From the NCBI GenBank assembly GCA_010015585.1, contig ML975149.1: 64,000 nucleotides of DNA. One strand, given 5' to 3'. The DNA comes from Eremomyces bilateralis CBS 781.70. Taxonomy: Eukaryota. The translations under genes and the position numbers were made by a program. The notes beneath the pieces are model-generated. The model ran no database searches, was not told where the DNA came from, and was given only the letters and a program-made list of their open reading frames with translations. Below, piece after piece: positions 49,082-61,002 of this stretch (position 1 is the first letter of the stretch; each line of letters begins with the position of its first letter).

Positions 49082-52000
49082 TCAAAGGTATTGTCTATTC
49101 GCATTTCTATCAATTAAAGGACTTTTATATATCCCTCTGAAATCCCATATTCCCTCCCCAAAAATCATCCTCTTCAACGCCTCCCGATCCCCACTCTCCT
49201 CCACCAACCCCCTAAACACCCCTCCTTCCTCCCTCCTCAACAAATCCCCCGACAACCCAAACTCTACGCTCCGCCCCTCACTCATCACCAAGGTGCGATC
49301 GAAGTCCGCCACCGTGCTCAACCGATGCGCGATCACCAGCAGCGTGCACCCCTGGAAGTTCTCCCGGATGCTCTGCTGGATCTTCGTGTCCGTCGCCGTG
49401 TCCACCGCGCTCGTCGCCTCGTCCAGCACCAGGATCGACGGCCGCGACACGAGCGCCCGCGCGAGGCAGAGGAGTTGGCGTTGCCCTTGGGACAGGTTGT
49501 GCCCCGATTCGGAGATTGGGGAGGTGAGGGAGTGGAAAATATTGGTGGTGGGGGTGCGTGGTGTGCTAGTGCCGGAGAAGGTAGCGGATGAGGATGATGA
49601 TGGGTCATCGGCGACGGGCGTGTCGATACCGCTGCTGCTGATCAGATGCACCCGCTCCAGTGCGTCTTGCAGCTCCCAGTCCTCGTGCTCCTCTAACGGA
49701 TCGAGGTTCGACCGGACCGTCCCGCTGAACAGAACCGGGTCCTGCGGGATGATCGCGAGCCGGCTGCGAAGGTCGTGCAGCTTCACCTTGCTGATGTCGA
49801 TGCCGTCGATCGTGATCGTCCCGGCTTTCGCCTTGAGGAAGCGGAACAGCGCAAGGGTCAGCGAGCTTTTCCCGGCCCCAGTGCGCCCCACGACTCCGAC
49901 ACGCTCCCTCGCCTCGATGCGGAATGACACGTCCTTTAGCGAGTCGGGGAGATCGTCCGCGTATGCGACGCTGAGGTTGTCGACTTCGAGCGCGCCGTCG
50001 GACGGCCACGATGCCGGCACATCGACGCCCGTTTCGGGCTCTGTGTCGAGTTCGCAGTATTCGACAATGCGTTCGGTGGCGTTCATGCCGAGCTCGATAA
50101 CGGCGGCCTGCCGGAGCATCGTGGTGACAGCCCTGCTGTACTGGACCGTGAACGCGAGAGCAAACCCTGCGAGCGCGGCGTCGATGTTGTGGATGGTGAC
50201 TATCAGTACAGAGACGAGTAGGGAAAATGCGGCGCCGATGAGGGAGAGTCTGAACGTAAGCCAAAAGTTAAGCAGCTGCAGGTACCAGTGTGTCTTTACG
50301 TAGTTGTCGATGTGGGCGTTCATAGTGGTCATGAAGCTGGGGGTCATGTCGTACGTACGAATCGTAGCGATGCCGGCAAGGGCCGAGCCGAAGAGCTCGA
50401 AGATGGGAGACTTAGCGACGCTTTCGAGGCGTCTTAATTCGCGAGCGTCAGCGATGTAGTACAGTGAGTAACGGAAGCAAAGGATAAGCAGCGCGACGGC
50501 GAATAGAAGGAAGATCGGCGATATGAAGGCACCCGCCGTGATGATGCCGACAACAAGCATAAAGTTGTGGATCCCGAATGAGGCCGACAGGGCGAGCTTA
50601 GAGTCAACAACTGTGAAGTCGGAAGAGAAGCGGTTGAGGATGCGGCCGATAGGGACAGTATCCAGCCAGCGCAGTTTTGCATGCAAGATATTGGACAGCA
50701 TGCTTTCGAACATGGTGCGACTGACTCGGATAGGGCCAACGTAGAATATCAGGAACCGTAGCACACCTTCGAAGCTAATAGCGAAGGAAACACCGACGTA
50801 TAGGTAGAGGTAGAAAAGGGTATTGGGATCGGTACCCTTGGTTTGCGTTTGGCGTTTGTGCCCTTGGAGCAGCAGATCAGGTACAGTATGTGATCCTTAG
50901 CGTGTGCTGCGTTTTTGGTCCAGAGACGGAGGATCCAGGACCAGTGATATGGTAGTTAGTGATGGATCTGAATAGTATCGGGTCAAAAAGACTTACTCGT
51001 GTAAGCAGCATGACTTCAAAGAAAATATATGTACTGAGGAGTACTGTCCAAAACCAGAACCCTCCATTTGCGCGGAAGTATGTGAGATACACCCGCCATT
51101 TGACCTATCCAACTTCACGTGTCTCTTCTTCAACGAACTTCCGCGGCGTGGCATCCAACTTCCTTAGATGATGAGAGCCATCTGGAGGTTCGGACTGGTG
51201 GCTCTTAACTAGTATCAAATTATGGTCCCCGACGTACTCCTTCCGTTGGCCTCCAAGCTCCCTAGCGCCATTGTGATAAGGTTCGTCAATAAACTCATTG
51301 CCAGGAGAATCGTCTAGAGTCTCAGTATCGGCCACCACAGGAGTCGCACCACATCGCTTAATCATTCCGTCCCCAAGAATAACTTCATACGCCATCGTGC
51401 CATAAAGCATTGACACATGATGAGTCGCAAGGATCCTAGTTCTTCCTTGCGCGAGCTCCCCGGTAAGTGCTTCATTAAGCAAGTGTCTTCCGGTGGTAGC
51501 GTCAACTGCTGTGAAGATATCGTCTAGGAGAAGGATGTCAGCACGGGAATACAGTGCTCTAGCTAAGCTGAGACGCCACTTTTGACCTCCCGAAATATTG
51601 ATTCTAGATGTTCCAATCTCAGTCTGGTCGCCGTCAATTAAGAAGGAAATATCCTTCTCGAGAGCACAATATTTCACGACTTTGTTGTACCTCTGTTCGT
51701 CGAAGGGGAGTCCAAACAACACGTTGTCTCGGAAAGACATATTCTCCAGCCATGCTTCTTGACTAACAAATGCCATTGAATTCGGCAGTATCCAGTTACT
51801 CTTATTTGCTCTCTGGTCGAATCTTTCGTGATAAGGGAGACGGGGTGGAAGAACTAGATTGCCCTCAAGCACCTCGGCCTCTCCTTGGATGGCTGCGAGT
51901 ATCAGGCTCTTTCCAGAACCGGTCGACCCGGCTATAACAGAGAGCTGATTATTTGGAAACTTCAGTGTCACATCCTTTAGCCTGAACGTATTTGGGTCGA

Positions 52001-53956
52001 CTTCATCCGCAGGCCAGGTAATTGTCGCACCCGTCATCGCGATTGAGTCGCCTGGGATTGCAACGTTTCTCTTTTCATCGGATTCCAGGTATTCACTGAC
52101 TCGTTTCAGACTGACAGCGCAGTTCAGAAGGTTCGTGATCACCTCTAGAATCATCACAAGCGTCATTTCGATGCTAGACATAATAGAAATGGATGTAAAA
52201 ACAACAGAGGGAAGGAGACTGTCATGTAGCAGTGCGTACACTGAGATCGACGATGCTGAGAGTAGTACTGGGCCCACGATCCAACAGAAAACAATGAAAC
52301 AATGAAACACAAACACGTTCCATTGTGCGCGCAGTTCGCCTTCTCTTGATTCTCGGATTCTGCGGTACCACTGCCCTTTGGTGGCCGAGAACTTGATTTG
52401 CCTGATCCCGTTCAAGGCTTCGCTGACGACCGCAACCTTTCGGTCTCGGTGGGCCATCAGCTGGCCCTGAGCATTGGTGTATTTCTTCGCGGTGTGTGCA
52501 TTCAATGGCGCGAGCAGGACCAGGGTTACCAAGCCCGCAAGGAGCGCCTGCCACCCGATTAACGATAGGAGGAAATAGAATGATGTGGCCAAACGAAAGG
52601 TGATGCCCGGGAGAAACATGTTGAACTTTGCGAAGTCGGCGATACGGGAAACATCGACACCAACCAAATTGATGGCGGATTGTCTGCTGGCATTGACATT
52701 CTCTTCTTCCGACTCTTCTTTCGCGCCCGTTCCTTTTGTATCGTCGTCGCTCTCTATATCTGTGCGTTTTGTACTAGCAGATTTGACGTCCTTTTTCCTT
52801 AGCGACTTGCCGAATACCAGGGCGGAGATTTGGGCCCGGATTGGCGTGGTTAGTCGATTAAAAGGAGGTGAACCACAGTTGGATATTCGCAACGTTGGCT
52901 AAAATCGTAAACAGGCCAAGCATGGCGGCCCAGAAAGTTGCTTCTTTGGTCGAGTTGATCCCAGCCTCTCTCCTCTCCAGTGTTTTTATCAATCTATACA
53001 AAGCGTACTGTGGTAAAAACATGAGCAGAGCATCAAGCAAGGCATAGGCATACTGCAGAGAGAACGCGACGGAATGCGATCTGATTAGATGCGTGGCAAG
53101 AGACTTGCTGCCCTTGATTTGGTAAAATGCGTCATAGAGATCTCGTGCCCGCGTGTGATGATCCATCACTGGCAATATGTCGAAGGAGAGTCGTTTCCCC
53201 TTCACCGGTAGCCGAAGGACTGACTCGGACCACGAGTGGGTAATTTGATAGAGAATCGAAACAGTCCATTGCTCATCGACCGTGTGTCCATTTCGATAGA
53301 CATGTGGGCGCCTTGGGTAAGTAATGCAAGCGGACATACCGAGGAGATGCGCCGCAGTGTATGTCCCCACCACCGCAGTCGAGAGCTTGTTGGGGCCTTC
53401 TTGATGTTTCGAGGCATCTATAACTAAGGTCCTAACTATAGATATTGAATATATCGGTTGCGAAGAGTACGACGAACGCAATTGCCTCGACTGCTGCATA
53501 GTTGAAGCGTGCCACGGGATGTCTCTCGAAGACGATATTGCAGAATCCGATAAGAAGTAAGATCGAGATGCCAAATGTGAGCTATTCTGCCACTAGGAAA
53601 GAATTTGTACTAGCACTTAAAGTGGTGATTATGGCCGTCGCAAGAGAAACTGCGACCAATAGAGTGACAGTAATCCCCAATATAATGTTTTGTAAAACAG
53701 TCGAATACCGTTTGATGGATTCGGCGGTAGCTTTGCCATCGGCGTCTTGGTAGTCTAAAGTAATGCTAGCTTTGGAACGTTGTGATTTGACAACTGATCG
53801 GACGAATCTGCCGACAAAAGGTATCGCTATAAAAGTGCCACAAGTGAAAAGGAAATGCTTGCAATACTCTAACGAGCTGGTTCGGCATCTTTGTCGATGC
53901 TGCCAGGAAACTTCGCAGCATTTGGAAGGTAAAATGCTCTCACTAGTGGAAGTCAC
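49082..53956 (-). pseudogene. ABCC/MRP (Ybt1-like) ABC transporter, disrupted in its 5' two-thirds
   Basis: Two NBDs (GSTGSGKS/ISGGQK/LLLDD and GRTGAGKSS/LSQGQRQ/VLDEATS). In-frame TAG at 53584-53582 and 51107-51105, frameshifts near 53435, 52860 and 50880, and an expected splice acceptor at about 50943 reading GG instead of AG. Confidence 0.85.
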
Positions 53957-55837
53957 CCTACTACCTCCTTATTAATATTTTATTTAGACTACGGCCTAGT
54001 TACCTTGATGATATCAATTCTACAAGAATTGAACCATTTATCTCCACAACTTTCCACCATTGCGACTGGCTATAGATTTTAGCGTCTGACTCGATGAGAA
54101 GCGGTAGCCGAAGTAGGAGATGTTAGGGGCTTTATCCTTGTATAGGAGGTAGAGTTGCAGTAGAGATTAGATCAGTCAGGCGGATGGTATATTGATGATT
54201 ATGTTCCGATTTTGTAAAGGCTCAAACCTCGAAGGGTTTGGTATGGCTGGAACGCTGTTGATTTGCTAAAGAGAAAAAGGAAAAGATCTCTTTCACTGGC
54301 GATCTGCTATTTTACATCTGTGGGGAAACGGTCTTCCTTCTGCCTTAGGCCGCAAGGCCACAACGCACAGACTGGGCAAAGCCCAAGACTGTCACAGATT
54401 TACTGCATATAATTAGAGGAGATGGAGCAAGTGTGTTTCACGAGAGGAGCTGAGCTAAGCATCATTATAAGATGGTTATTCTCAACACCTCCATCTCCGT
54501 CCGACCGCCGGACGGATTAGTATCTAAGAGATGGAGTATACTCATGCTAAGTGTACCCTTTATATCTCGACCCAGCGGAAAGAAGTCCATATCCATGATT
54601 ACAAGCCCATTCACTACCATCACACCGCATATCAATCTGGTCGTTGCTCGTGGTGCTCTTAGCATGCTCTGAGCATGTTCTATCCACCAGACCGCTTGAC
54701 CCAAAAATACTATGCAGCTCAAGTTGGGTTTGACATTAGCCGTTGAGGGGGAGTACCTGATAAGGGCATTGGGCTGGAATCGTGATCGTGCTCGCGTTGG
54801 TTTTGACTTCATTGCTGACGTGGAATATTCATAGAGGGGACGATATCGCGTCAATTATGCGCGTAATAGCCTTCACAGTCCACGGCTGATAATGAATCCA
54901 AGTAAAAGGTGAACAGTTTCTGACATGAGCTTAGCTTCTGCTCCCGTCGAAGTTGCAGCGTCACTGAACAACCCACTAGGAATGGTAGCAAGATACGCGT
55001 AGGAGTTGCGAATATAGCAATGAGCACACGGGGTTACGATGTGTCGCTTTGCCACAGTGGGATATAGTGAGTTGGGTCCAAATATAATATCGCACATTTG
55101 CTTCACTCCAATGGGGTGTTGTGCAAACACACAAAGGCAGTCACAGATGTGATCACCTTGGAGAAAAGAGTATTCAACCTGGAAATCCTCATTTGGGATC
55201 CTTAAATAGGAATAAACATCGTCTTCGTCAATCAGACTCGGACAGGGATCCTCTTTTGGCATCAGGGAATAGAGGCGGGAAGGAGAAAGGACGGGAAGAA
55301 AAGAAAGAACACGGGTTGTATAATATTGTGGTTGACAGGAAAGCAGGGTTGAGGTAGGTTCATATTCGACAGGATGGCTGAAAGGCTTAAGGAGATATAT
55401 CATCTCGAGCGACGCGCCTTTGCAGACCCGACGGAGGATATATCCGAGTTACTGCGGACCAACTCGGACTCTCACATTTCCCATCCCCAAGTCTAGGTGC
55501 ATTGATCGGAGCCAATATCTGTCTCTTTGCCATTTGGAATGACGGCGACCTAGGATATATATACCCAACTTGCTCGTAATAATCGATACACATCTCCTCG
55601 ACACATGAGATATCCCTTGGAGCACAGGATCCACATGATCAGCTTCTGATTCTCTTTGCACAGGATTGTCAGCAGGAACAGCGTAATATAACCTTTTAAA
55701 CACATACATCTGCATCTTCAACGTAACTGAGCCCGACGTTTCCACCTTGCTCACCTCGGCCAGCTCAATCATCGTCGTGCACCGCGCAAGCTCCTTGCTC
55801 CTGCGTTTTCAAGAACGATCCAAATCCCCCTCGGCCC

Positions 55838-56195
55838 TCAACTATGCTTCGTCGTCCCAATGACATCGCCCCGCACCGCCGTCCAATCGATCTTCGAATC
55901 GATCTCATCGTCCACGAGCCCGCATATCACGACATTGTCGCCTCTGATGAGATATAGCCCATGCTCGACTTCTGAGCTGGGCTCCGGGTCGTCGGCGGGT
56001 CGGATGACGCGCTCAACGGTCTCTTGTAGGACGAGGTTCGTCTGTTGGTCGCAGGAGAAGAGGACGCCGATTAGGGTGCGGCCGTCGACGGTGATGACGC
56101 AGACTTTCTCTACAGGGCGGTGTTAGCTGTTGCTTGGAGACAAGAAGTAGGGCGGTGGATGTGGACTTACTGTTGATGTAGGGAGAGAGCGACAT
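55838..56195 (-). CDS. LSM8: U6 snRNA-associated Sm-like protein Lsm8
   Basis: Exons 56195-56171 and 56109-55838. Protein MSLSPYINKKVCVITVDGRTLIGVLFSCDQQTNLVLQETVERVI..HGLYLIRGDNVVICGLVDDEIDSKIDWTAVRGDVIGTTKHS. Confidence 0.93.
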
Positions 56196-56769
56196 TATTG
56201 TCGTGAGTGCGGCGACGTTGTACCAAAATATACAAAGACGTCAAAGGAGACCGGTCGCTATCGATTCATTTCGAGTATGACAAGCTGTGAGGGTTGAATG
56301 CAGCTTGCAGTTTGGAGAACTGGTTGGAACCTTAAATTGTTGAAGCATAATTACAAGTTCAGGGAGCATTCGACGTCAAAACTTCTTGTGGCCCGAGCTC
56401 CTTGTCGATCGATTAATTATTTAATTGGGTATAATTCATTGATCGTTGATGAGTTCTTGACATCTTGTCATCTTGAGCTTTTGATCTTCACCTCACAACC
56501 AAACTTCACAACATCATCAATTGGTGTCGTGATACTACACTGTCGCTCCTCCTCTTCTTTACTGGAGTTTCCTCGCGAACAATCTAGATGGAGGACTAAC
56601 TGTACAAATATCTCAATCATCAGGATGTTCCATCCCAACCACGTTACAAATGGCTTCGTTATTCGTAAACATTAATTACGCGATATACCGACCAACGCCT
56701 CTCAATGCTCCATCGCTAATGCAATACTCTACCACTCCCGCAAGCCCTTGATGCTCAGACAAACAGACT

Positions 56770-57800
56770 TAGAGCTCGGCACGGATCGAGTTCGCGGATA
56801 CACCAGCCATATCCGGATAATATCCGATCCGCGAAACTTTTGTATCCGTATCCGATCCGTGAAATACACGGATAGAGAATTCCTATCCGGATAAATATCT
56901 GTATCCGCGCATATATCCGTGAAACCCATGAGGCTATCTGTAAAAAATCTCTTAAATTACCCTGCAGCCTCTCAGAGCATCAACATACAGGGATATATCA
57001 CCAATGTCTTCACCAGGTTCCTTTCTAAGCTTCTCCTAGCGAGAGCCTCGGGCCCTACGACTTAACTATCATGACCTAAACGATGGAATAGACAAGGAGA
57101 ACTCGGAGTACAACGGCGGTGCTCTAGAACCGGTGGATCTTAGTATCACGGCGTCATCGGTATCACAGGATAGTTTAATGTATTCTACAGATTCTATTTC
57201 TTACAATTCTCTAGAGCAACCACTAGGGAGCGTGTTGCGTATCAATCGTGATGGCAGGAACAGGAAGAAGTATAAGAGCTGGGTTTGGGCCTTCTTTTCA
57301 ACCGATAACAGATCAAAACTGGTTGGTTATATAAGGTCAGGATGTCGCTGGTTATCGAACGAAGGCCTCTTACAGGGCTCTACGAGTAATCTTATCCGCC
57401 ATTTATCGACAACTCACGGAATCACCCGCGCTTAACAAAACAACGTGCTCGTTCTGCCAAATTCCCTCGCTAGCTAGGTCTCTTCGACTTCGGCTTCGGA
57501 TTCGGTAGCGGATTGCTTCGAAGAAGCTCTCCTTAAGTGGGTCGTTGTTAATAAGATTACATTCTCTTCCGTAGAGAGTCAGGCCTTCCGAAATGTGCTA
57601 AGAGTGGCAGTAACATCAAGTGATCCCACGAGCTCCGCGAGAAGCGTAAAACGAAGCCTTAAGAGGCAGTTCCTAGCATCCCGGCAAGCCCTTATTACAG
57701 AGTTGGCCAGCACATGCAACACCATCTCGCTATCCACGGATGCTTGGACGAGCACGAATAACATCTCAATAGTAGCGATCATCAGTTCATGGTTACAGTC
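56770..57800 (+). mobile_element. hAT-superfamily DNA transposon remnant (left end plus truncated transposase)
   Basis: Probable terminus TAGAGCTCGGCACGGATC at 56770, followed by dense ATCCG/CGGAT subterminal repeats to about 56920. BED-finger remnant KSWVWAFFS..GSTSNLIRHLSTTHGI, then FEEALLKWVV..FSSVESQAFR and ISLSTDAWTS. Reading frame broken; no right end seen. Confidence 0.85.
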
Positions 57801-58090
57801 GCGAGCAAATTCGGTTTCCGGTTTTGCATTTTGGATTATTCTCAGCGCACGGATGCCTTCCATACGCATTAGTAGAGTACCTACGTTGTCTTAAAGCTAA
57901 ACAGGGGTTGAGCTGAAGCTGACCTTAAAAGAACGCTGTTAAAATGCAGAGAGTATGGTGAAAACGAAAGGCATTTGACCGTCAAAGAGGATATATCACG
58001 TGGCACATAAAACCGACGATTATTACCAATCCGAGACCGTATGGAATATACAGCAGATTGATTTCAAAGCAATAGAAGTTCTTGTCTATA

Positions 58091-59853
58091 TTATACAGAA
58101 TATATAAGAGCGTGGATGACTTTAGACAGTGGGCGGCGGGAAGGCTGAAAATGATATAGCGCGGAAGGATAGGACATCAGCAGCTTGACGACACCCTCGC
58201 GCCCGTTCTCGGCCGCCCACCACAGCGGCGTCTGACCGTACTTATCCTTCGAGTCGACGTTGGCCTTGGCCTCGAGCAACAGCTTGACGATGCCCTCCTG
58301 CCCAAAATATGACTCTACCATCAGAATTCTTGTGAACTGTGGATTGGAGTGCCACTGGTGAGCCATCGACCAGTATACATCGAACCGACTCTTGAACCGC
58401 TGGGATCGGGTATCGCAGACTCTAGAAACCAAGTGCAACATTTGCTCGGTTGCGCTATGCTGTGCTTTTCGGTAGTGGGCAGCCCAGGAACCTACGGCAT
58501 AATCTAAGTAGCCGTGTTTGACTGCGGCAGAGATCTGATCTGTCGCTCTATCAAATTCAGTTAACGAAAGATATATAAGGCATACTCTGGCCATAAGGAG
58601 CTCAGAATCCGTTGGAACAAGAGAATGTTTCCATCCAATAGCAGCGGCCTCACTCTTCGTGAGAAGGAATTCTTTTGCGGTTTGATGGATCAGATAGACG
58701 TTTCGATCTACTACGGTCACAAAGAGCCCGCAGAGTTGTCTTACCGACGCTTCAAACCTCGCTTATCGTCAAGGTCAGGTTCAAGGTCGTTGTAGGAGCG
58801 ATGATGGTCTTCTATATCTAGAGCGATGTTCATTTCCTTTAGTGTAAGAGGCCTGGTTGCTCCAACAACGATATAGAGCAATTTCCGTGCTTGTGGTCGA
58901 TCATCCTCCTCCATTTTTGTAAGAATCGCTTCGTATGCTTCATCAACCGTGGACGGAAGGCCACTGATAACAGCCTTCAATTTCCGACTTGTCGGTCGAA
59001 TCATTTTGCGAATGATATCGAAAATGAGTGTTACCCTGAGGTATGTTCGGTGACATATTGTTAATAGCTCTGTTTCGAGATTTGACTGTTCTGAATTATT
59101 AAGCTTAAGCTCAGACCCGAATTGAGATACTCTCCATTTAATAACTTGGTTGATCTCATGACTGATTTTATCTGATTCTTGCTTGCCGCGCAGCCGAATC
59201 GTTGGAAAGTTAGAAGTAAGATCGGTGAATCGCCGTTTGATGTCTGGGTAAGGATGACTAGTGACACATATTTTGAGTTGAGACGTATTGTTTCCGGAGA
59301 TTGCTTGCTGGTAGAATGAACTGAGAGCGGTAATAATCTGATACTGCCCTGCTTCTGCGCATTCGTCGAGGGCATCTAAGACGCAAAAGACTTCTCCGGT
59401 ATTCCGATCAGCCACGGTTTTTATTAGAATACTCCAGAGTGTATGAGATGGTTGAGAAAGTTTATCTCCATTAGCAGCGAAATCCAACATAGTATATTTG
59501 ATAAGTGTTGGTTTCCGCCGAAAGAGCTGGTGGAGTAGTGCCGCAAGCGCTGTAACTGCACTTTTCTGTACGTCGTCATCTTTGAAGAAGAAGTAGCAAG
59601 TTGTGTGACCGTCCGTGTTTTTAAGGTCGCCGGCAAGAGATTTAGTGAAAACCGATTTTCCGCATCCAGGATCCGCAGATATCCAAAGAAGACTTGAGGA
59701 GCTGCTGTCTTTCCAGTTTCGGAAATTGTCATGATGGAGAACCCACTGGCAGGTATCTCTAAGTCGGCTAGAATTCCTGTCCTTGAACTGCTTGTAGTCG
59801 AAAGTCGAAGTACGCAGGGCTTGCATACAGTTCCGTTCCTTGTCGTTCCTGCT
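58091..59853 (-). pseudogene. NACHT-ankyrin NLR-like gene, N-terminally truncated and frameshifted
   Basis: Walker A LLWISADPGCGKS, Walker B CVLDALDEC, RPLTLKEM, LCGLFV..IHQTAKEFL, ankyrin DKYGQTPLWWAAENGREGVVKLL. Frameshift at about 58760; the 5' end abuts transposase sequence. Confidence 0.88.
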
Positions 59854-60617
59854 CGGCCGTCTGCTGATACAGCTTCGATTACTGAGACCTATTCTCGATT
59901 TTCTTTGGACTTGACGTATGTATGGCTCTTCTTTCGCCTTTTAGGAGAAGTATGAACAGGGACAATTACTCTCCCGTTGGTTCCACAGCCAAGGGAGAGG
60001 CCATGCTCGTCGAAATTCCACTGGTTTGAGATCTTGATGTTGTACTCCGCGCAGACACGCAGATATGTATCAAAGAACGCTTGGATCCTCTCTTTCGAAG
60101 CTTCATTGACGCGGGCAGCCTCGATTGATCGTCCCACTACTGTATTTACCTCCGGATTGCGTCGTAGAAATCCCTGAGTCCAATTGATACCGCAAGGGGT
60201 AGTATCCCCATTTTCTCGTGCAATTGCCTCAGCCATTTGGCGTACTCTTGCATGGGAGGGGGCTCTGGCAGCGAGATCTTCTTCCTGGATCATTCGACCA
60301 GCCATTTTTCCTGCTCGGGAGATAACTTCTGAAGTTTCTTCGAACTATTTTGATGGGAATCGTTGCCGTTGAGTCTGTCCCGGAGTGTAGATCTCTGGAT
60401 ACCGTACGCATCCGCACATTTATTCAGCGAGTCAAATTCTTGGTCATGGAAAGCATTGATAGCTTGTTGGTCAGCCTCTTCATTAATACGAGTCATCCTG
60501 ATAATATTAGATGGTGTTGTTGAATTTATTTCATTGATCAAAAGCGCTCTACGTATCTACGTATTATCTTAAGGGGTGCACGGAAAGTGGGTTGCACGGA
60601 AAGTGGGTCCGTTGACT
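59854..60617 (-). mobile_element. Fot1/pogo-type Tc1-mariner transposon remnant (5' TIR plus N-terminal transposase)
   Basis: TA then AGTCAAC.. terminus at 60617 with two tandem 16-bp repeats (60577-60608). HTH CADAYGIQRSTLRDRLNG, CENP-B HTH PSHARVRQMA..GINWTQGFLRRNP, first catalytic Asp in WNFDEHG, and ENRE*VSVIEAVSADG. Frameshift at about 60292 and TAG at 59891-59889. Confidence 0.9.
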
Positions 60618-61002
60618 TATGCGAAGAGCGCATAGGGCATTGATAACGGGATCATGTCATTTTTGCTTGCGTATGTCTCAAATGGCTCTGAACAGTGGCT
60701 GCTTCTGTGTAGAATACCCCAATCGAGCAAAGATCACGGATGAGAGAGAAGAGCGATGTATTGGATGTATCTAAAATACAGTGTGAAGTATAGGGACGTG
60801 GTGGTCAAACCACTCGAGATCCAGCCTCAAATATGATGTGTTTATCGCCTCTGCCCCCCAACAGAGCATAAGAAGTAATCTCGAGCTATCTAGGTCCATC
60901 TCTGATGGAAACAAGATGGATTACATAAGGAAAGGGGTAAGGAATGTGAGTAGGAGATGAGCGAGGCAACAGTCCTGTGGCGTAAGCCCCGTAAATTCGA
61001 CA

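Noticed and set aside
49293..50303. 336-aa plus-strand ORF
   Set aside because: Antisense shadow of the GC-rich ABC NBD2 region.
44583..54359. GGCCGCAAGGCC tetraloop hairpin present twice (44583 and 54348)
   Set aside because: A 12-bp match with no shared flanks.
42559..56195. Splicing gene cluster (SRPK-like, DBR1, LSM8)
   Set aside because: Interrupted by unrelated genes, and the kinase belongs to the expanded SRPK-like group rather than the Sky1 orthologue; chance is sufficient.
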